From contig JAPXOG010000002.1 of NCBI GenBank assembly GCA_033811555.1, positions 1-42,756 on the forward strand: a DNA stretch of 42,756 nucleotides, in the 5' to 3' direction. A program made the translations under genes and the position numbers. Source of the DNA: Minisyncoccota bacterium (GTDB taxonomy: Bacteria > Patescibacteriota > Minisyncoccia > Phycocordibacterales > EsbW-18). Below the pieces are notes generated by a model that ran no database searches, was not told where the DNA came from, and saw only the letters and a program-made list of their open reading frames with translations. Positions 27,839 through 37,760 of the stretch are shown here, piece after piece (the first letter of the stretch is position 1; every line of letters begins with the position of its first letter).

Positions 27839-28579
27839 TCATTCAGAGTGGTGCATATGCTCTGCTGTCTCATCGAAGAGCAGAGCACGCTCCAGACAGT
27901 CACTTGCCTCCCGAGCACGATCGGCTCGGGCATACAAAATCCCTAGATGGCGGAACGCTCGCGCATGACGGCGCAAGCGGTTTGATGACCGAGCGTCACT
28001 TCCTCCAGTGAGAATCTCGGCTTCATGGGCCATCTGAGTGGCCTCATGAATCGCCTTGATTGACACGGGAGAATCTCCCATCACCCGAAGAAATATATCC
28101 GCACGTGCTATTAAGAAAAACACGTGCGTGTAGCAGACAGGTGAAGATAGATAACGGATGATGCACAATCCGTCATAAATTGCTTCTTCTGCCTGCTCCA
28201 ACCTCCTCTTCGAGCTCCAAGGATAGTTCGCAACAGCACGACAAATACGCTGCCGCGTATCACACGCCGAGACATTCATATTCCCGCGTGTGACATTATC
28301 CCAGAGCAAGTCAGAAGTTTTGGCCGCAGACATTAGCCTCTGAAAAACAGATATTCTCCAGAAAATCTTGTGAATCATCAAGTGAGATTTCTCGTGCCGG
28401 ACAAGAGCTGATCCAGCTGATGCGTAATATGCCCCTGAGAGCATATCGGTCGCATACTGCCACTCTTCGTTCGTTGGATCATATTCTCGACGGACGTATC
28501 TTTCCATTTCCCGCAAATGAGCGCGAAAAACAGAAAACTCGCTCGCCCACCGCAAGTCCATCCAATCGTTTAAAATCAA
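27839..28579 (-). CDS. Hypothetical all-helical protein, 246 aa, G+C-rich
   Basis: The start is TTG with GGAGG 5 nt upstream (alternative ATG at MDLRW). It has its own terminator, and no family is recognised. Confidence 0.55.
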   Translation of the reverse strand: MILNDWMDLRWASEFSVFRAHLREMERYVRREYDPTNEEWQYATDMLSGAYYASAGSALVRHEKSHLMIHKIFWRISVFQRLMSAAKTSDLLWDNVTRGNMNVSACDTRQRICRAVANYPWSSKRRLEQAEEAIYDGLCIIRYLSSPVCYTHVFFLIARADIFLRVMGDSPVSIKAIHEATQMAHEAEILTGGSDARSSNRLRRHARAFRHLGILYARADRAREASDCLERALLFDETAEHMHHSE

Positions 28580-28660
28580 AACTACCTCCTCTCATGTTCA
28601 AAGCGTGAGAATTCACGCAGTTTCATCCGCCGAGAACTATAGTCAGCAAGATATAAAAAG

Positions 28661-29974
28661 TCAATTAATCAAACCTGTACCAGAAGAACCTAACAAACGT
28701 TCTCCCACCATATAAATATCTCCTGCCCCCATTGAGATTACGATATCTTTTGAATCTATACCACGAGCAAGAACTCGCGTAAGAGCGTCAAGAGAATCAT
28801 ATGATTCAACTCTACCTCCATACTGCCGAATGGCATCACCAAGCATATGGTGTGAAATTGAAGAATCAAGTTCCTCACGTGCTGCGTAAATAGGAGCAAG
28901 TAAGAGACGGTCAGCATAATGAAAACTGTCTATAAAATCGTCAAATAACGTTTTAGTGCGTGAGAATAAGTGTGGTTGAAAAGCAATGTTAAGTCGACGT
29001 TCAGGAAACTGTTTCCTAAAACCAGCGAGAGTTGCTTTGATCTCACTTGGGTGGTGTGCGTAATCGTCATATATTTCTGTACCTCGGGTCGTTCGTCCTT
29101 TATACTCAGAGCGCCTCCAAGTTCCTGAAAACCGAGCAAGTGCTCGATTCACTTCTTCGTCTGATATGTTGAAATATTGAGCAACAGCATGTGCTGCTGC
29201 CGCATTTCTCTGGTTGTGTTGTCCAAACACAAACAACTCTCTCTGCTCGTCATACAACGACATATAATTAATCACTGTAGCTTGAGCTTTTGAAACTACC
29301 TCAGCAACATTTGGATCGGAAATATCGCATACAATTGCTCCGTGTGAAGGTACTTTGCGCACTAGTTCTCGGAATGCACTCTTTATGTCTTCAAGATCTC
29401 TATAGTAATCAAGGTGATCTTCATCTATATTTGTTATTACTAGAACATCAGGAAACAAGTTGAGAAATGAACGTTTGTACTCACACGCCTCAACCACAAA
29501 CCTTTTCGGATGCCCTGCAACAAAATTACTTCTACCTCCAGACAATAATGAGCCGACAATAACTGTAGGGTTTACAGATTCATTTAACACTTCAGCTACC
29601 ATTGCAGTTGTTGTGGTCTTGCCATGCGTCCCCGACACCGCAACGGTAAATGTGTCCTTTGTCATAAGCCCCAACGCTTCAGGGTAAGTCAAAGTAGGAA
29701 TTCCAAGTTTACGTGCTTGTACTAGCTCAGTATTATCGTTAGATATTGCTGGAGAATATATAACGGCATCCGCAAATATTGGCACATGATGTTCATCGTG
29801 TCCTGGGCGTACACGAACGCCCTCGCGCTCAAGTTCACGCGTTAATTTAGTTAGTTCACGATCAGAACCCGATACGTGCTTACCTCGATTCTTCATCAAT
29901 CGTGCAAGTGCAGAAATACCTATTCCACCGATACCGATAAAATGAATATGTTTTGCTGAGTCAAAAATTTCCAT
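28661..29974 (-). CDS. murC: UDP-N-acetylmuramate--L-alanine ligase MurC
   Basis: Begins MEIFDSAKHIHFIGIGGIGISALARLM and contains 'VSGTHGKTTTTAM'. The ATG at 29974 is preferred over the TTG at 29983. Confidence 0.95.
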   Translation of the reverse strand: MEIFDSAKHIHFIGIGGIGISALARLMKNRGKHVSGSDRELTKLTRELEREGVRVRPGHDEHHVPIFADAVIYSPAISNDNTELVQARKLGIPTLTYPEALGLMTKDTFTVAVSGTHGKTTTTAMVAEVLNESVNPTVIVGSLLSGGRSNFVAGHPKRFVVEACEYKRSFLNLFPDVLVITNIDEDHLDYYRDLEDIKSAFRELVRKVPSHGAIVCDISDPNVAEVVSKAQATVINYMSLYDEQRELFVFGQHNQRNAAAAHAVAQYFNISDEEVNRALARFSGTWRRSEYKGRTTRGTEIYDDYAHHPSEIKATLAGFRKQFPERRLNIAFQPHLFSRTKTLFDDFIDSFHYADRLLLAPIYAAREELDSSISHHMLGDAIRQYGGRVESYDSLDALTRVLARGIDSKDIVISMGAGDIYMVGERLLGSSGTGLIN

Positions 29975-29983
29975 ATATAACAA

Positions 29984-31141
29984 CTATACCACGACACGTT
30001 TTAGTGATGTTGGTATGTGTACCAAAATATCATATGGAATTGTATCGCAAATTCTAGCAATATTTTTTATAGAGTTTGGAGCTTGATCTATGCTACTTAT
30101 TACTTCCACAATATCTCCTTCTTTCACGTTCGGTACTTCGGTTGCATCAACAGTCATCATATTCATAGAAACACGCCCAATAATCTGACACTCAATACCA
30201 CCTATACGCACAAATCCTGAGTTAGAAAGGCGACGATCTATACCTTCATAGTAACCTACTGGAATTGTAGCAACGATAGTTTCTCGTGTTGCAGTCCATG
30301 TGTTGTTGTATCCAACTGTTTCGCCTATATGAACAGTACGAACAGCCGTAACTATAGTTTTCATTGAAAGAACCGGTATAAGTCCTGATATATCATCGGA
30401 AATTCCGTAAAGTCCAATACCAAGTCTACTAACATTAGCGTCTATGTGTTGCAAATACCGAATGCCAGCAGTTGCCGACAAATGAAAAAACTCGGTGTTA
30501 GGAAACGTATTGCGCCATTTTTTTGAAATGTCATTCCATATGGCAATTTGACGTTTTGTATGTATATCTTCTTCTCCATCCGAATCAGATAGATGCGAAC
30601 ATATACCGGTAACTTGCATCTGAGGATGTTTATGTACAATATCTATAACTTCGTAAAGTTCGTTTGGCATAATGCCTTGTCTGTGCATTCCAATATCAAA
30701 TTTCAAATGAAATGTTGTTGGAATTATTGTATTTGAAAGTGCACGTAACTGAGATATTGAGCTAACACAGAACGCCACATTACTCATACTGTTTTCCAAA
30801 ATATTTTCTGTAATGGTGTATCCAATAACAAGTATTGGTGAAATTATATTTTCGTTACGCAACCTTAGTGCCTCATAGTACGAATCAACCACCAAAAATC
30901 GTACGCCATGAAGCCCATCTACAATACGCGCCACTTCAACTAGTCCGTGCCCATAAGCATTTGCCTTCAGCACAGGTGCAATACCACGCAAATAATTTGA
31001 ACTTCCATTTTGTGATTTAACTTCTGAAAGTTTCAAAAAATATTCAAGATTATGTTTGAGTGCGTCACGCGAAATCTCTACTTGTACAAGTGGTTTGTAA
31101 GAGAAACGTCGCGCTCTCAGAAAACGAAAAAAAGATCTCAT
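29984..31141 (-). CDS. alr: Alanine racemase
   Basis: PLP-lysine motif 'VLKANAYGHG' and the C-terminal segment 'GYNNTW...PVGYYEG'. I chose the ATG at 31141, because the longer track start would run into tRNA-Leu. Confidence 0.92.
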   Translation of the reverse strand: MRSFFRFLRARRFSYKPLVQVEISRDALKHNLEYFLKLSEVKSQNGSSNYLRGIAPVLKANAYGHGLVEVARIVDGLHGVRFLVVDSYYEALRLRNENIISPILVIGYTITENILENSMSNVAFCVSSISQLRALSNTIIPTTFHLKFDIGMHRQGIMPNELYEVIDIVHKHPQMQVTGICSHLSDSDGEEDIHTKRQIAIWNDISKKWRNTFPNTEFFHLSATAGIRYLQHIDANVSRLGIGLYGISDDISGLIPVLSMKTIVTAVRTVHIGETVGYNNTWTATRETIVATIPVGYYEGIDRRLSNSGFVRIGGIECQIIGRVSMNMMTVDATEVPNVKEGDIVEVISSIDQAPNSIKNIARICDTIPYDILVHIPTSLKRVVV

Positions 31142-31142
31142 G

Positions 31143-31226
31143 TGGGCGAGAGAGGACTTGAACCTCCATGGGATTACTCCCACAGCGCCCTGAACGCTGC
31201 GTGTCTACCAATTTCACCACTCGCCC
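31143..31226 (-). tRNA. tRNA-Leu(CAG), class II with a long variable arm, no encoded CCA
   Basis: Folded by hand. Acceptor stem GGGCGAG/CUCGCCC, anticodon loop UUCAGGG, variable arm GGGAGUAAUCCCA, T arm GAGGUUCAAGUCCUC, discriminator A. Confidence 0.9.
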
Positions 31227-31351
31227 TAACAAAAGAATATTATCAAAAACCATTGAAAATGGTAATTTATTGACTCGTTAAATTTATGGTTAATCGTAGG
31301 ACTCAATATTTTCTTTTTGCCTAATTCTTGGTATAGTGCAAGCAATAAAGC

Positions 31352-31425
31352 GCGCGTGTAGCTCAGCTGGTTAGAGCACGTCACTGATAATGACGAGGCC
31401 GAAGGTTCAAGTCCTTCCACGCGCA
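31352..31425 (+). tRNA. tRNA-Ile(GAU)
   Basis: Acceptor stem GCGCGUG/CACGCGC, D arm GCUCAGCUGGUUAGAGC, anticodon stem CGUCA/UGACG with loop CUGAUAA, T arm GAAGGUUCAAGUCCUUC. Confidence 0.92.
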
Positions 31426-31563
31426 CATATATTCAAAATTGTTTTTGCCTCCTAATGTTTTATTAGTAGGTTACCTAATATTTTCTACTATACCCTACAC
31501 ATGATTAAATTTCATTTTCAGTTTTGGAAGCGTCTATAGTTACTGCTCATTTTTAACTTTTCC

Positions 31564-31815
31564 TCAACTTCTAAAGAACCCGACTATACACATATTAAAT
31601 ACACAATAAAAAAGAGAACCGCCCGGGGGCGGCTCTTCATCGCTTGGTGGAGGAGGGATCCTCCCCCTATAAACTCTGATTCTCACTCCTTTCGGGAGTG
31701 AGAATGTCTCATCCTCATCCCCATCATCGTCGGGGGGAGGTATGACTGAATCCACTAGTCTGGTCATCAGCCAAGCAACCAGAGCCAACATCACAATCAT
31801 AACTAAATGAAACAT
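31564..31815 (-). CDS. Hypothetical 83-aa protein (N-terminal TM helix, Pro/Asp-rich tail); doubtful
   Basis: Begins MFHLVMIVMLALVAWLM. AAAGGAGG lies 6 nt upstream of the ATG. The ORF reads through a terminator-like hairpin (about 31607-31636) before its stop. Confidence 0.35.
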   Translation of the reverse strand: MFHLVMIVMLALVAWLMTRLVDSVIPPPDDDGDEDETFSLPKGVRIRVYRGRIPPPPSDEEPPPGGSLFYCVFNMCIVGFFRS

Positions 31816-31873
31816 TTTTTGCCTCCTTTCTAATAGCAATATATATCATATTAAAATATTTTTGTCAAAATAA

Positions 31874-31903
31874 CATAAAACCGCCCTATTGGGCGGTTTT
31901 ATG
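31874..31903 (-). terminator. Bidirectional-looking terminator downstream of the 16S transcription unit
   Basis: CATAAAACCGCCC-tatt-GGGCGGTTTTATG, a perfect 13-bp stem. Confidence 0.6.
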
Positions 31904-31932
31904 TTAATCATATTTTTTCTTTTGTTCTGCTC
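31904..31932 (-). repeat. 3' half of the pre-16S processing stem
   Basis: The stretch 31912-31932 (attttttcttttgttctgctc) is the exact reverse complement of 33597-33617. Pairing extends about 7 more bp with one G-T. Confidence 0.7.
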
Positions 31933-32055
31933 TATCGGAGTCTTTCCTCCGAGTCGTCAGACATAGTTTAAGGATTTATGTCCATCCATCGCATGTTCAA
32001 TTGAGACATACGATATCGACCGCCTAGATTCCAACAAAAAGTTAGAACGATTGTC

Positions 32056-33570
<1,515 letters not shown>

Positions 33571-33596
33571 AAGTGAAATAGAAATTCCACTCTTTC

Positions 33597-33625
33597 GAGC
33601 AGAACAAAAGAAAAAATGTGATTAG
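33597..33625 (-). repeat. 5' half of the pre-16S processing stem
   Basis: gagcagaacaaaagaaaaaat (33597-33617) pairs with 31912-31932. Confidence 0.7.
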
Positions 33626-33856
33626 TTTTTTTCTTCGTTCTAAATATTTTGTCCTTCGAAGCAAACTGTACTAATGTCTGCTTCAAATAGACGGGAAGTT
33701 AAATTCTGTTTTTGTAAATAAATACAGAAGTCAACGTTGCGTACGACCGCGGTGACAGCCGTACGACTTTTGTTTTTTTAAATTATCAAGGTGCTTCTTT
33801 TACCTCAACAATCTTTTCAAATATTTTAACTCAAAAAGATCGCCAATGGAGAATTC

Positions 33857-33884
33857 ATTATATTCAAAAAAACCCCCATGTCAA
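33857..33884 (-). promoter_or_regulatory. Consensus sigma70-type promoter, candidate rRNA promoter
   Basis: The minus strand reads TTGACA, a 16-nt spacer, then TATAAT. It lies about 280 nt upstream of the mature 16S 5' end. Confidence 0.6.
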
Positions 33885-33906
33885 GCTTTGTTTTGAATAG
33901 CAAAAC

Positions 33907-33935
33907 AAAAAAGCCTCTTTTATTGAGGCTTTTTT
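33907..33935 (-). terminator. Intrinsic terminator after the 447-aa gene (bidirectional-looking)
   Basis: aaaaaAGCCTC-ttttatt-GAGGCTttttt. Confidence 0.65.
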
Positions 33936-33946
33936 GTTAGGAAAAA

Positions 33947-35290
33947 CTAATCCAACTCTTCCAATTTATCTTGTATCCCCAAAAGAATGGAAATCATCTG
34001 ATCCAGTATTACGTCTCTTGATATAGAGGATCCTAACACATGTCCTTTACTTGTATCCGCAGGTTTAAAAATAATATCCTTCTCTTTTGGCTCTCTTAAA
34101 TTAGAGTATATAAAGAACCAATTATCGCTTTCGTCAAAAGTGTTAGTTTTTGATTTTTCATCTGCTGGTGAAATACGAACTTTATAACCACATTCATCAT
34201 CAGCCAGATCTTTAGATATATACCAATTAAATGATCCGGTATCAAAAGCAGTAGCAATGTGTTTTATATCCTTCGTACATTCGTTCGTCAGGCTTATACG
34301 AATCTTATCGCTATTTGATCCATTTGTCTTCCAAACTATATTTCTAATTTCTCCTACACTCCATTTTTCTCCTCCGTTTGGTGTTACAACCTTTATCTCT
34401 CTCTTTACTCTCGTCTTTGAACTTATAACAAATTTGTTATCGCTTTTACCACAATACTCTTTTGCAACAGTTAAGTGTCTTCCAGAAGGACATACTACAA
34501 TTTCATAGGGGCCTACTGGCAACAATTCTCCTAATTCACTAAGAGTTCCTACCTTCCAATTATATTTTTGCAATTTTGAAGAACTATCTCTTTTTATAGA
34601 TATTGCTATTAATTTCTTATATGCTTCATCTTTATCTGCTCTTTGGATGTAGATATCATAAGAATCATTATTTGGATTATATGATTCAAGAACAGGATCA
34701 GGGTATTTTCTATTGTCTTTCCATTCTATATCTACACTATCTCCTAAATACAACGTTTCTCCTCCGTTTGGATAAACTACTTGGATATCTTTTACTATCG
34801 GTTTTATAGGTTCAGATACGCTAAAGCACCTTGAAATTGAGTTCAATCTTTCTCTAGTTTTTGCACCAACGAAACCGGTTCCAGATGATAAATCAACAGG
34901 GATTAAAACTGAGTCAGCATATTTTTCTTGAAAGCGCTTAACCGCTTGAAGGGTATTCTCTCCAAAGCGTCGTGAATTCTTTTCTTCTAAATTAATTTGG
35001 AAACCCTCTGATTCTAAAATTGAATGAAGCGCTTCTACCTCATCTCCCGAATCTCCCAAACGAATATCTTTACTAAAACATCTAGGTGTCAATTTTGTTC
35101 CTGCTTGATTTCGCAATCTTTCTATTTCGTTCAAGAGCATTTGTATTTGTCTCTCTATATCTGCCTTGGTTTCTGTCAGAGAAGGTTTGTCAAATGATTT
35201 AATTTTTACACGCGAAACAGCTTGAACTGATATCAAAGGCAAGACAAACAAAGAAACTCCAATAAATATCTTTAATAGATTTTTCTTCAT
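33947..35290 (-). CDS. Secreted peptidoglycan-binding protein (PG_binding_1 domain plus two Kre9/KNH-like beta domains)
   Basis: Signal peptide MKKNLLKIFIGVSLFVLPLISVQA. The PG_binding_1-like segment is 'LGDSGDEVEALHSILESEGF...GENTLQAVKRFQEKY'. A repeated segment appears as 'VVYPNGGETLYLGDSVDIEWK' and 'VVTPNGGEKWSVGEIRNIVWK'. Confidence 0.72.
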   Translation of the reverse strand: MKKNLLKIFIGVSLFVLPLISVQAVSRVKIKSFDKPSLTETKADIERQIQMLLNEIERLRNQAGTKLTPRCFSKDIRLGDSGDEVEALHSILESEGFQINLEEKNSRRFGENTLQAVKRFQEKYADSVLIPVDLSSGTGFVGAKTRERLNSISRCFSVSEPIKPIVKDIQVVYPNGGETLYLGDSVDIEWKDNRKYPDPVLESYNPNNDSYDIYIQRADKDEAYKKLIAISIKRDSSSKLQKYNWKVGTLSELGELLPVGPYEIVVCPSGRHLTVAKEYCGKSDNKFVISSKTRVKREIKVVTPNGGEKWSVGEIRNIVWKTNGSNSDKIRISLTNECTKDIKHIATAFDTGSFNWYISKDLADDECGYKVRISPADEKSKTNTFDESDNWFFIYSNLREPKEKDIIFKPADTSKGHVLGSSISRDVILDQMISILLGIQDKLEELD

Positions 35291-35416
35291 AATTTTTAAA
35301 TTAAAATATAAAAGCTACTTATAATGCTCTTAATTATATTACACAAAATAGACCATTCAATACCCAAAAACAACCGCGTAAATATATAGTATGGTTAATT
35401 GGTTTATAATCAAATT

Positions 35417-37630
35417 ATGAAAATTTCAGATAATTTAGCAGAACATTTTAGACTTAGCGAATTTCAAGGAAAGGCCCTAAAAAAGCTGGGCATAGAAACA
35501 GTAAGAGATTTAATTTACCACTTCCCCATTCGTTATTTATCTTCTTCAAACGAAGAAATTATTGAAACAACTAAATCTGAAAACCTGGTATCTGTTTTAG
35601 GGAATATTACTAAAACCAAAGCTCGTAAAGCTTGGAAAAGTAAAATACCGATGACAGAAGCGACACTTAAAAATGAGGGCGGGAGCTTAAAATTATTATG
35701 GCTACATCAACCTTATATCTCAAAAATGTTCCCAGAAGGAACTCCGGTGATTGTTTCTGGGAAAATACGTGAGAAAAACGGAAAACGTTCTATGGTGAAC
35801 CCAGAAATTGCTCATGCTGACCCACTTAGAAGCTTAACTTCTAAGTTTTTACACTTAGAAGTTAAGCTTCCCCACGAACACAACAAACTATTTGCCGACA
35901 AAAACTCCGAACTACTTATTCCCGTATATTCAGAGAGTCGAGGAATTACTTCGCGCTGGTTTCTGTATGCTATACAAAAACTTCTGTCTCAAGGAATTGT
36001 AGACGACCTTGAAGATCCGATTCCAAAAGATATTCTCAAAAAATATAATCTACCAACACTATCTACAGCGCTTCTTTGGATTCATGCACCAAAAAATGAA
36101 AAAAACGCAATTGCCGCTCGAAAACGCTTTGCTTTTGAAGAAGTATTTTTTATTCAACTTATACGTCAACGTGAACGCGCAGAATCCGATGCACTTCCAT
36201 CATGGGACATTGCTGTTTCAAAAAAAGAACTGAACACTTTCATCAAGCGTTTTCAATTTTCACCTACCTCAGCACAAAAGCGCGCCATTGATGTAATCCT
36301 TAAAGATTTCGCATCTCATCGCGCAATGTCCCGCTTATTAGAAGGAGATGTGGGTTCAGGTAAAACATTTGTTGCTGCTACCACTTCTTTTGCTGTCGTA
36401 ACTACGAGGCCTAAAAATACTGAGGGTAGAAAACAGGATTTTGGCAATCTACAGGTCGCATACATGGCTCCTACAGAAATACTTGCAACCCAGCACTTTG
36501 AATCATTTATAGAGTTTTTCCGAGGGCTTCCTATTCAAATTGGACTAATAACAGGATCAGGATGTAGGAAATTCCCATCTAAAGTAGACCCTGAAGGATG
36601 GACTGATATATCCCGAGCACAACTTTTAAAGTGGGTTGCAAATGGAGAAATCCCTATTGTAATCGGCACGCATGCTCTAATTCAAAAATCAGTAAAATTT
36701 AAGCATCTCGCATATGTAGTAATTGACGAACAACATCGTTTTGGAACACGACAACGCGCCGAGCTTGCTCGAAAAACCGATGTGCCAGACGAAAGTCCTT
36801 GGCGCATGCCTCACCTTCTTTCAATGACAGCCACTCCTATCCCCCGTACACTTGCACTTACTGTATATGGCGATCTTGATCTTACACTGTTGGATGAGAT
36901 GCCCTCAGGTCGTAAAGAAATTAAAACAGAAATTGTCCCTCCTTCAGAACGTACTCGCGTTTACAAACACGTACGAGAACTAGTATCACAAGGAAGACAA
37001 GCGTATGTAATTTGTCCAAAAATAGATGAAGGCGGAGGAAAATTGGAAGTAAAAAATGTCACTGAAGAAGCCGCGCGCCTTAAAAAAGAAGTGTTCCCAG
37101 ATCTGCGTATTGAAACTCTACATGGAAAAATGAAACCAAATTCAAAGGATGCAATAATGGAGAGATTCTCGCAAGGGGAAATAGATGTGCTTGTAGCAAC
37201 TTCTGTCGTTGAGGTAGGAGTAAACGTTCCTAATGCAACAGTTATTATAATTGAAGGAGCGGAACGATTTGGTCTGGCACAACTACATCAACTACGAGGA
37301 CGTGTTTTGCGCTCTACTCATCAATCTTATTGCTACTTATTTACAGACGCACGAGGTATTTCCACTATTGAGCGCCTCTCAACGCTTACAAAAACAACAA
37401 ACGGATTTGAGCTGGCAGAAAAAGATTTGGAACTACGAGGATCAGGAGAGCTGTATGGAAAACGACAATGGGGGCTCTCAGATGTTGCGATGGAAGCACT
37501 CAAAAATATCAAAATGGTTGAAGCCGCACGCGATGAAGCACACGCTCTTATCACACGCGATCCAGAACTAAAAAGCGCACCACTCCTTGATAAAGCGGTG
37601 CGCGAACGTGAATCAATTCATTTTGAGTAG
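35417..37630 (+). CDS. recG: ATP-dependent DNA helicase RecG
   Basis: The wedge domain is followed by 'LLEGDVGSGKTFVA', 'VVIDEQHRFG', 'LSMTATPIPRTLA' and 'QLHQLRGRVLRS'. The ATG at 35417 is preferred over the TTG at 35399. Confidence 0.93.
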   Translation: MKISDNLAEHFRLSEFQGKALKKLGIETVRDLIYHFPIRYLSSSNEEIIETTKSENLVSVLGNITKTKARKAWKSKIPMTEATLKNEGGSLKLLWLHQPYISKMFPEGTPVIVSGKIREKNGKRSMVNPEIAHADPLRSLTSKFLHLEVKLPHEHNKLFADKNSELLIPVYSESRGITSRWFLYAIQKLLSQGIVDDLEDPIPKDILKKYNLPTLSTALLWIHAPKNEKNAIAARKRFAFEEVFFIQLIRQRERAESDALPSWDIAVSKKELNTFIKRFQFSPTSAQKRAIDVILKDFASHRAMSRLLEGDVGSGKTFVAATTSFAVVTTRPKNTEGRKQDFGNLQVAYMAPTEILATQHFESFIEFFRGLPIQIGLITGSGCRKFPSKVDPEGWTDISRAQLLKWVANGEIPIVIGTHALIQKSVKFKHLAYVVIDEQHRFGTRQRAELARKTDVPDESPWRMPHLLSMTATPIPRTLALTVYGDLDLTLLDEMPSGRKEIKTEIVPPSERTRVYKHVRELVSQGRQAYVICPKIDEGGGKLEVKNVTEEAARLKKEVFPDLRIETLHGKMKPNSKDAIMERFSQGEIDVLVATSVVEVGVNVPNATVIIIEGAERFGLAQLHQLRGRVLRSTHQSYCYLFTDARGISTIERLSTLTKTTNGFELAEKDLELRGSGELYGKRQWGLSDVAMEALKNIKMVEAARDEAHALITRDPELKSAPLLDKAVRERESIHFE
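35826..35870 (+). repeat. Palindromic element copy 1, inside recG and in frame
   Basis: gaagcttaacttctaag (35829-35845), then an 8-nt loop tttttaca, then cttagaagttaagcttc (35854-35870). This is a perfect 17-bp inverted repeat. It shares an exact 21-mer, cttagaagcttaacttctaag, with 40290-40310. Confidence 0.88.
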
Positions 37631-37760
37631 TCTTTGTAAATCTTATCAAAGAAGACCAGATAGCCCATCTATGTCTACATCTAGATGTACACAACGTCGT
37701 ACGTCATCATAAGAAATCCATATAGTTCAAACTGCTAAATTTACTTTTATTAGAGTAAGT

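Noticed and set aside
31065-31426. Minus-strand ORFs 31065-31253 and 31226-31426, and + strand ORF 31052-31273
   Set aside because: They are translations across tRNA-Leu and tRNA-Ile. The '...GLEPS...' type peptides are typical tRNA read-throughs.
31648-31666. GGAUCCCUCCUCC on the minus strand as a displaced 16S 3' end (anti-SD) after an intervening sequence
   Set aside because: It lies about 400 nt beyond helix 45, outside the 16S processing stem and beyond a 13-bp terminator. It is not preceded by helix-45-like sequence.
35821-35875. 5-bp direct repeat 'cccac' flanking the recG palindrome as a target-site duplication
   Set aside because: The repeat-to-repeat distance is 50 nt, which is not a multiple of three. 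A simple insertion plus duplication would have broken the recG frame. A 5-mer match is also easily due to chance.
37676-37689. 14-bp perfect palindrome TACATCTAGATGTA between convergent recG and the 591-aa ORF
   Set aside because: It is short and AT-rich with no U-tract and no second copy. It is most simply a weak convergent-gene hairpin or chance.
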